In this document: piece by piece, positions 18,012 through 24,335 of the stretch | Numbering within the stretch: position 1 is the stretch's first letter | Layout: the number at the start of each line of letters is the position of its first letter | Origin: Candidatus Helarchaeota ASGARD archaeon Hel_GB_B | GTDB lineage: Archaea > Asgardarchaeota > Lokiarchaeia > Helarchaeales > HEL-GB-B | NCBI GenBank assembly: GCA_005191425.1 | Contig: SUPR01000050.1 | Coordinates: forward strand, 1-24,335 | Length of the DNA: 24,335 bases | Direction: 5' to 3' | The notes under the pieces: generated by a model | Seen by the model: the letters and a program-made list of their open reading frames with translations, nothing else | Database searches by the model: none | What the model was told of the DNA's origin: nothing | Made by a program: the position numbers and the translations under genes

Positions 18012-18494
18012 TTATACTGGAACAATATCTTTTTCCTTCAAATTATTAAATAGTCTTTGAAATAAATTTTCAATATTATTATTTCCCCATGTTATAGGTA
18101 ATTGGAGATGAATTTTCCTCGTAATTTGGTTTAAATTAATTTTCAAATCCACAAATTCTGGTAATTGATTTAATTCATTGCTAATATTATCTCGCGACAA
18201 TAAAATTATCTCCTTAATTTCGTCCAATTCATTTTCGATTTCACCACAATCAATGATAATATTTATCCAATTCAATTTTTCTAGTTCATTATAAATTATT
18301 TCCTCTACGTCTAAAAGTGCGCGGTCTAAACAATATTTAGCAGTACTTTTTATTGTATCTAAATTAAATTCGGTTTCAATTTCATCATAGATTTTAGTAA
18401 ATCTATCTTTTATTTCATCTAAAACTGATTTCAATGTTTTGATTTTTTCAGAGGCGACTATATTTAGATCAACTGTCATCGAATTGACCACCAT
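18012..18494 (-). CDS. Hypothetical acidic helical protein
   Basis: 160-aa ORF co-oriented and tightly linked with ZPR1 and sepS. No family was recognised. Confidence 0.75.
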   Translation of the reverse strand: MVVNSMTVDLNIVASEKIKTLKSVLDEIKDRFTKIYDEIETEFNLDTIKSTAKYCLDRALLDVEEIIYNELEKLNWINIIIDCGEIENELDEIKEIILLSRDNISNELNQLPEFVDLKINLNQITRKIHLQLPITWGNNNIENLFQRLFNNLKEKDIVPV

Positions 18495-18615
18495 ATCTTT
18501 TTGATATTAAATTAAATTGACATTATAAATTTATAAGATTTGTCAAGTTTCAATTATTTTCACTCTTTAATTATTTTCATTATATTTAATCTTGACAGTT
18601 TAAATTTTTTTGTAA

Positions 18616-19167
18616 TCAGATAACAAAATTAATTTGTTCTTTTCCCCCAATAACCTGGTCTTTGTTAGCCCAGAAAATTATATGATTCCCCATTATTTCA
18701 TATAGCATTTTGGTATCTATTCTTATTATTCTAGTGTTTTCAGGAAATGACCAGATTGACCTACAATTATATTCTAATTTTTCTTCGGGAGTGATAGCCT
18801 TATAGATATTAAGCCCTTTTTTAAATTTGCCGGAAAATTCAATGACCCATGTAATAAAGGGCATGGTATCAACCTCACCCCTAAAACCGATATCGATGAG
18901 TTTAACTTCTGGGTAAATTTGTTGTTCATTAATTATATTGGTCTCCTCATTTAGGAATATTTGCATATTCGTAGATAATTTTGTCAACTCTCTATCAAGC
19001 TCTTTTTCATTTGATATCAAATTCTTGTAGTAACACTCAGGGTCATAGTAATCGAACTGTAGAATTTGTTTGATAACACCACTTTTTGAGCCACAGAAGA
19101 ACGTTTGAGCAAACAATGGTCTGACATTATCATTCACTTGTTCCATAATGATTACTATCATCTTCAA
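18616..19167 (-). CDS. Conserved archaeal hypothetical protein
   Basis: 183-aa ORF with globular beta-rich composition (FDYYDP, NMQIFLNEE, WSFP). The true start is probably downstream of the TTG at 19167. Confidence 0.75.
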   Translation of the reverse strand: MKMIVIIMEQVNDNVRPLFAQTFFCGSKSGVIKQILQFDYYDPECYYKNLISNEKELDRELTKLSTNMQIFLNEETNIINEQQIYPEVKLIDIGFRGEVDTMPFITWVIEFSGKFKKGLNIYKAITPEEKLEYNCRSIWSFPENTRIIRIDTKMLYEIMGNHIIFWANKDQVIGGKEQINFVI

Positions 19168-19559
19168 TTTAAAATATATTTCCTAAAAATCGAATTATCA
19201 AACTGGTCGAACATTTTGGGATGGAAGTTAAAATTATCAACTATTTTTGAAAAATAAATATTTATTAAAAAAATTAGATATGAATAATTGAAAAAAATAT
19301 TTTAAGACCGTAATTTTTATTTTTTAATTGGACAAATATTCCTTTTTTTTTTCTTGCAGGTCTATTATAATTTGGCAACAATCTAAAATGACCTGAAGCA
19401 ATGAATAATGATTAAAAAGTTAGTGATGATAAATATGAGATTAATTTTTTATTACAGAAAAATTTAAATAAAATCTAAATATATTTTTTAAAAATAATTT
19501 AAGAACAAAAAATAGTATCGAATTAAAAGGTACACAACAATAAGAAGGATTGCAATAAA

Positions 19560-19658
19560 ATGAATAAAAATTTTGTAAAAGAATTGGATAAATCATTACT
19601 TTTAAATCAGATAGTAGTCCTTCTTCTTGTTGTAATAATTATTCTTCTTTTAATCTAA
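19560..19658 (+). CDS. Unannotated small ORF MNKNFVKELDKSLLLNQIVVLLLVVIIILLLI (32 aa): candidate Ile/Leu/Val leader peptide or small membrane peptide
   Basis: ATG 19560 to TAA 19656-19658, with purine-rich AAGAAGGA 10 nt upstream. The last 15 codons are exclusively I/L/V. Confidence 0.55.
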   Translation: MNKNFVKELDKSLLLNQIVVLLLVVIIILLLI

Positions 19659-19660
19659 TT

Positions 19661-19689
19661 GCCCCGGCGTTATTTAACGTTGACGGGGC
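19661..19689 (+). promoter_or_regulatory. GC-rich RNA hairpin between the small ORF and porG
   Basis: GCCCCG (19661-66) pairs with CGGGGC (19684-89). Inner GCGTT/AACGT, loop ATTT, bulge TGA. It is the only GC-rich island in a very AT-rich intergenic region. Confidence 0.7.
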
Positions 19690-19734
19690 GTTGGTTAGGT
19701 TTCTTTTAAAATATATTTAAAAATATTGATAAAA

Positions 19735-19740
19735 GGAGGT
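19735..19740 (+). promoter_or_regulatory. Shine-Dalgarno GGAGGT of porG
   Basis: Lies 6 nt before the in-frame TTG at 19747. Confidence 0.75.
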
Positions 19741-19746
19741 AACTGC

Positions 19747-20334
19747 TTGGCAAATGAACGGATCTATGAAATAAGATGGCATGGGCGTGGTGGTCAAGGT
19801 ACTGTCACTGCGGCTAATATAGTTTCAGAAACAGCATTTAATGATGGTTATCTTGGAGTCCAGTCCATACCTTTAATTGGAGCTGAGCGGCGAGGTTCAG
19901 CTTTAACTGTATTTTCAAGGCTATCAAAAAAGCCTATAAATTTAATAAGTCAAATCTATGAACCAGATATTGTCGTATGTATTGACCCTAGCCTTTTTAA
20001 AAAAAATAAAGAGATGGTCGTTTCCGGTATTAAAGATAAAGGTACATTAATTGTTAACACAGTTTCTCAACCTGACGAAATCACCATTGAAAATAAATCA
20101 ATAAAAATTTGTACTGTTGATGCTTCAGGTATTTCAGTTAAGTTGGGACTTCATATTGGTGGTAGTGTTGTTGTGAATTCGCCTATGTTAGGTGCATTCA
20201 TTCGTGGGACAGGACTCATTAAATTAGACACGTTAATAAAAGTTCTTGAGAAGAAATGGAAAGGTGAATGGGGACAAAAGAATATTGAAGCAATTAAAAA
20301 AGCATATGATGAATTAAAAATTAAGGAGGCATAA
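19747..20334 (+). CDS. porG: 2-oxoacid:ferredoxin oxidoreductase gamma subunit (POR/VOR)
   Basis: EIRWHGRGGQGTVT, GAERRGS, IYEPDIVV, NSPMLGA. The start was moved from 19726 to TTG 19747 because of the SD. Confidence 0.93.
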   Translation: MANERIYEIRWHGRGGQGTVTAANIVSETAFNDGYLGVQSIPLIGAERRGSALTVFSRLSKKPINLISQIYEPDIVVCIDPSLFKKNKEMVVSGIKDKGTLIVNTVSQPDEITIENKSIKICTVDASGISVKLGLHIGGSVVVNSPMLGAFIRGTGLIKLDTLIKVLEKKWKGEWGQKNIEAIKKAYDELKIKEA

Positions 20335-20337
20335 TTT

Positions 20338-20649
20338 TTGGAAAAAAATAAGTATAAACCTTGGAGATCAATCCCAGATGATATAAGATTTGAAGATTTG
20401 CCGACCTGTCCGCTTGCTATTTCAGATAAAGGTAGTATTGGTAATACAGGAGAATGGAGGACATTCAGGCCAGTAATAAACAAAGAGAAATGTACTAAAT
20501 GTATGACTTGTTGGACTTATTGCCCTGAGGGAGTTATTTATGAAGATAATGATGAGCTGTTTATAGATTATACGTATTGTAAAGGGTGTTTAATTTGTTA
20601 CAGTGAATGTCCAGTTAATGCAATTGAAAAAGTGAGGGAGGAAATATAA
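20338..20649 (+). CDS. porD: 2-oxoacid:ferredoxin oxidoreductase delta subunit (2x[4Fe-4S])
   Basis: TGEWRTFRPVI, CTKCMTCWTYCP, CKGCLICYSECP. SD AGGAGG. Confidence 0.94.
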   Translation: MEKNKYKPWRSIPDDIRFEDLPTCPLAISDKGSIGNTGEWRTFRPVINKEKCTKCMTCWTYCPEGVIYEDNDELFIDYTYCKGCLICYSECPVNAIEKVREEI

Positions 20650-21894
20650 ATGAAGGAGCATCTTAAAGAATCTGTAAAAATTATATCTGGGAACAGTGTA
20701 GCAGCTTGGGCTGCAAGATATGCAAGAGTCCAAGTTATTTCAGCCTATCCAATAACGCCGCAGACTACTATTGTTGAAAAATTATCAGATTTTGTTGACT
20801 CAGAGGGCTGGGACTGCCAGTATATGAGGGTAGAAAGTGAGCACAGTGTTATGGCATTCCTTATAGGCGCAAGTTTTGCAGGAACGAGGACCTTTAGTGC
20901 TACAAGCGGTCAAGGACTTTTCTACATGAATGAGATGTTGCATTGGGCTGCGCCTTCAAGACTACCTATCGTATTAACTGTTGCAAATAGAGGAGTAGCA
21001 CCAGGGTGGAACATTTGGGCAGACCATCAAGATGTAATTGCGTCCCGAGATACTGGGTGGTTGATTCTGTTCGCTTCGTCACACCAAGACATTTTCGATA
21101 CAATTATTCAAGCTTATAGAATTGCAGAAGACCCGCGCGTGTATCTACCAATAATGGTATGTTTAGAAGGATTTCAGCTCAGTCATACAATTGAACCAGT
21201 TTATTTTCCAGACCAATCACTTGTAGATGAATTTCTGCTCGATTTACCCAAGAATGGTTGGCCACATACTTTTTTAGACCCAAATAGACCGATTACTTTT
21301 GGAAGTCTTCAAATTCCAGGTGGTAAAGTTGCAACGCCATCTTCAATGTATTTTGAATTTAGAGCGAGTATAGAAAAGGCTATGCTTAATGCTAGGACAG
21401 TCATAAAGGAAGCGGCTCAAGATTTCAAAAAGATTTTTGGTCGCGATACAGGAGATTTAATTCAAAAATATAAATGTGATGATGCAGAAGCTGTCATTGT
21501 ATGTGCTGGCAATATGGCTAGACAAGCTATAGCAGCTGTTGATAAATTAAGAAGTGAAGGTTTAAATGTAGGAGCTGTCAAGTTAAGGTCGTATAAACCA
21601 TTTCCAATTCAAGAATTTCAAGAACTTGCAAATAATGGAGTTAAGGGATTTGGAGTCTTGGAACGTAATATGGCATTCAGTTTGAACGGGGGCGCTGCAT
21701 CCGTTGACTTAAAATCTGCTTTTTATGATATGGAACCTAGTCCTTATGTGGTCCCTTTTATCGGTGGTGTCGGTGGAAGAGATATTACAATGGATGACCA
21801 GTGTAATATCTTGAAAAGAGTATTAAATGTAATTAAAAATAAGGAACGAAATGTTAAAGTAGAATATATTAACTTTCATGGGAGGTTTGAATAA
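20650..21894 (+). CDS. porA: 2-oxoacid:ferredoxin oxidoreductase alpha subunit
   Basis: AYPITPQT, VESEHS, SATSGQG, NRG, RDTGW. Its ATG abuts the porD stop (TAAATG). Confidence 0.94.
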   Translation: MKEHLKESVKIISGNSVAAWAARYARVQVISAYPITPQTTIVEKLSDFVDSEGWDCQYMRVESEHSVMAFLIGASFAGTRTFSATSGQGLFYMNEMLHWAAPSRLPIVLTVANRGVAPGWNIWADHQDVIASRDTGWLILFASSHQDIFDTIIQAYRIAEDPRVYLPIMVCLEGFQLSHTIEPVYFPDQSLVDEFLLDLPKNGWPHTFLDPNRPITFGSLQIPGGKVATPSSMYFEFRASIEKAMLNARTVIKEAAQDFKKIFGRDTGDLIQKYKCDDAEAVIVCAGNMARQAIAAVDKLRSEGLNVGAVKLRSYKPFPIQEFQELANNGVKGFGVLERNMAFSLNGGAASVDLKSAFYDMEPSPYVVPFIGGVGGRDITMDDQCNILKRVLNVIKNKERNVKVEYINFHGRFE

Positions 21895-21895
21895 A

Positions 21896-22801
21896 ATGTC
21901 TTTTAAGAAAATAGCAAAAGAAGCACCTAAAGAATATTTTTTACCAGGAAATTCTGCATGTGCTGGTTGTGGTCTTGAACTTAGTTTAAGATGGGCACTT
22001 AAAGCTCTTGGTCAAAAAACTATTATGGTAGCTCCAGCATCTTGTACTAATGTAATTGTGGGACTATATCCAAAAGGCGCACCTGCAATCCCATTTACTA
22101 ATATGGCATTCGCTGCAGGTTGCTCTTCAGCTTCGGGAATTCGTACAGGACTTCAAGCTCGAGGTATCAATGATGTTACGGTCGTTTGCTGGTCGGGAGA
22201 TGGCGGTGCATTTGATATTGGACTTCAATCCGCTAGCGGGGCTGCTGAACGAAATGATGATATTCTATATATTTGTTATGATAATGAAGCATATATGAAT
22301 ACCGGTACCCAGAGGTCTGGTGGGACTCCCTATGGAGCATGGACTACTACTACTCCCGAAGGAAAAAGACAGCATAAAAAAGACCTTGCAGGAATTTTTG
22401 CATCTCATAATATCCCCTATGTTGCTACTGCCTCTGTTGGGTATCCAATTGATCTATATAACAAAGTCAAAAAAGCAAAAAACATCAAGGGATTTAAATT
22501 CATTCACATTTTTGCGCCGTGTCCACCAGGCTGGAGATTTGAAACTGAAAATATGATTAAGGTCGCAAAAAATGCAGTTGCATCTGGTATTTGGGTACTT
22601 TTTGAGATTGAACATGGTAAAAAAACATTATCTGCACCTTCTGAAAAGTATAGAGATAAGTCTAAGAGAATTCCATTAAAAGAATACCTTCAATTACAAG
22701 GTAGGTTTAGTAAAATGACAGACAAAGAGATTAACGAGTTACAACGTTGGATTGATAATTATTGGGAACATTTAGAAAAAGAATTGGCATGTTTTGGTTA
22801 A
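21896..22801 (+). CDS. porB: 2-oxoacid:ferredoxin oxidoreductase beta subunit (TPP-binding)
   Basis: ACAGCG, SGDGG...YDNEAYMNTG TPP motif, APCPPGW. ATG 21896 with SD GGAGGT at 21881-86 is preferred over 21878. Confidence 0.94.
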   Translation: MSFKKIAKEAPKEYFLPGNSACAGCGLELSLRWALKALGQKTIMVAPASCTNVIVGLYPKGAPAIPFTNMAFAAGCSSASGIRTGLQARGINDVTVVCWSGDGGAFDIGLQSASGAAERNDDILYICYDNEAYMNTGTQRSGGTPYGAWTTTTPEGKRQHKKDLAGIFASHNIPYVATASVGYPIDLYNKVKKAKNIKGFKFIHIFAPCPPGWRFETENMIKVAKNAVASGIWVLFEIEHGKKTLSAPSEKYRDKSKRIPLKEYLQLQGRFSKMTDKEINELQRWIDNYWEHLEKELACFG

Positions 22802-22815
22802 CAAATTGATTTTTT

Positions 22816-24009
22816 TTAATTATCTTCTAATTGGTCCATAATTTTTTTCCTTTTTTCTTTCATTTCCAGAATGAAGTTTCTTACTTCACCCTCCGGAAAT
22901 AACGATGCAGTTTCTTCCATAGCCCTTAATATTCGCTCTTCATTACTCAATTCAGGTTCTACGATCTTTTCTTTTTCTATTACTTTATTTTCTATGAGTT
23001 TTTTAGGAATTTGAGGTATCCTTGGCGAATTTTTGTTAATTTCAGCTTCGTGTATTTCATCTTTAACTGGACTTGGTGCAACTTCTTCGGGTTTGTTTAA
23101 CAATTCTTTTAATTTTGTTTGTAAATTTTGATTATTGACTTCAATTTGACCTTTTACTTTTTGATGAGAACTTTCATCCATTTTAGGTTCTAAAGTGTTA
23201 TTTTCCGTCTGATTGTCAGGAGAAGTAATTTTTTCATTTTTAGTATCACCGACTAATGCAATTTCGTTTATTAGCTCATCAAGATTTTGTATTTTTAAAT
23301 TGCTATTTTCAATCGAGACTTTATTACCTTCAGGCGTGGTTTGTATTTCAGTACTATTTTTAGTATCAATCTGATTTTGTTGCGGTTTAATTTGGTCTGT
23401 TTGAACCTTTAACATATCTGGAAATGGGATTTCCTTTATTGCATCAATTTTAAGTACATCTTCTACCTTAATTGGTTGTGGTAATATATTTTGCTTTTTA
23501 GAAGATATATTATTAACTTCACCTAATGAATCATTTGTTTTTTCAACTATTTTATCTTTTACTACTTCAATTTCATTATTAACATTATCTATTCCATTAA
23601 TTTGAACATCTTTTGATGAAGATTCCTCTTCCATAGATTTAGTGACTTCCTCAAGTTCTTCGACAATACTTTTAGTCCCATGAAACTCAATATCATCTAA
23701 TTTTTCGTTTAAATTAGTATTTTCAAGGACATTATCGGTAAATGCCACTTTATTTAATATTTTTTTATCTCGGTCAAATAACATCGAATCCACTGAAATA
23801 AAAAACTTATTTAAATCATTCCATTCTTCTTGGGTAAGCGGAATAGAAATAATATTTTCTTCCTTTTCCACGGAAAATTCGATTGTAATATCTTGGTCTG
23901 CCTCTTCAATACTTTTAATAGTAATTGCTATTTCTTTTCCCTTTTTCTTCTTAAACATTTTTTCAATTCTGCGTATTTCCTCCCAAGGTTTCTGATTTTT
24001 TGATGACAT
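22816..24009 (-). CDS. Hypothetical protein: small N- and C-terminal folded domains joined by a long acidic/Asn-Gln-Pro-rich low-complexity linker
   Basis: 397-aa ORF. The central ~250 aa are E/N/Q/K/P-rich and depleted of aromatic residues. Confidence 0.82.
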   Translation of the reverse strand: MSSKNQKPWEEIRRIEKMFKKKKGKEIAITIKSIEEADQDITIEFSVEKEENIISIPLTQEEWNDLNKFFISVDSMLFDRDKKILNKVAFTDNVLENTNLNEKLDDIEFHGTKSIVEELEEVTKSMEEESSSKDVQINGIDNVNNEIEVVKDKIVEKTNDSLGEVNNISSKKQNILPQPIKVEDVLKIDAIKEIPFPDMLKVQTDQIKPQQNQIDTKNSTEIQTTPEGNKVSIENSNLKIQNLDELINEIALVGDTKNEKITSPDNQTENNTLEPKMDESSHQKVKGQIEVNNQNLQTKLKELLNKPEEVAPSPVKDEIHEAEINKNSPRIPQIPKKLIENKVIEKEKIVEPELSNEERILRAMEETASLFPEGEVRNFILEMKEKRKKIMDQLEDN

Positions 24010-24117
24010 TTTTTATTACTCACATTAATTAATTAGTCGTTACAATCTTCTTTTATAAAAATATATAAATTTCTTAGTAATTTAAACCTTTACTTTTATT
24101 AACTCTATTAAAATTGT

Positions 24118-24138
24118 TTTTCAGTTTAAAACTGAAAA
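24118..24138. promoter_or_regulatory. Palindrome TTTTCAGTT-TAA-AACTGAAAA (possible regulator site)
   Basis: Perfect 9-bp inverted repeat with a 3-nt spacer, about 110 nt upstream of the 24009 start. Confidence 0.3.
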
Positions 24139-24335
24139 CATTTTAATATTTCTAATTTAATACTTACTATAGAAAAACATTTCTTTTTATTAACGGCAGA
24201 ATTTCTGACAAGTTATAATTCTAAAATTATTTTTATTAGTTTTAATAAAATAATATATGTTTTTTTAAAATACCACGGTGAAGATATATATCAAAAAGTT
24301 AAAAATATAGAATATTGCGATTTTTAGATAAAATG

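Noticed and set aside
18012-18494. SepF assignment, since sepF often neighbours ZPR1 in archaea
   Set aside because: It lacks the GGDI and ILTP-type SepF motifs, so it is left as hypothetical.
19390-19450. C/D-box sRNA (GTGATGA C-box-like motif, CTGA nearby)
   Set aside because: The CTGA lies upstream of the C box and no properly placed D box follows.
19655-19699. SECIS element or TPP riboswitch reading of the GC-rich hairpin
   Set aside because: There is no tandem GA/AG core or GAA/A SECIS motif, no UGA-interrupted gene nearby, and no TPP aptamer signature (CUGAGA, AUACCUG).
20151-22556. Overlapping ORFs 20151-20483(-), 22056-22298(+), 22320-22556(+)
   Set aside because: They are shadow frames within the por genes.

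Overview
A strongly AT-rich archaeal chromosomal segment. It is probably from an Asgard archaeon (Loki/Hel-like); this is an inference from a eukaryote-type Rpn11/CSN5-like JAMM protein, a membrane TIR protein and SepRS sitting among purely archaeal housekeeping genes. Most of the window is housekeeping: tRNA/RNA enzymes (tyw1, mtaB, truA, thpR, sepS, translin), Mo/W-cofactor synthesis (moaD-like, moeA x2, moaB, moaC), hypB, flavin cofactor synthesis (ribL, ribK), ZPR1 and a gamma-delta-alpha-beta 2-oxoacid:ferredoxin oxidoreductase operon (POR/VOR). No rRNA, tRNA, CRISPR array or mobile element was recognised. Three things stand out. (1) An unannotated 32-codon ORF ending in 15 consecutive Ile/Leu/Val codons, followed by a GC-rich hairpin with an alternative helix and an anti-SD, lies directly upstream of the oxidoreductase operon. 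This is a candidate branched-chain-amino-acid leader-peptide attenuator, a mechanism I do not know from archaea. (2) A Toll-receptor-like protein (beta-propeller, Ca-binding repeat, TM helix, TIR) is followed by a broken PH-like partner gene. (3) A catalytically intact JAMM isopeptidase is fused to an alpha-solenoid and ends in an HbYX-like tail. All family assignments come from motif recognition without database searches.
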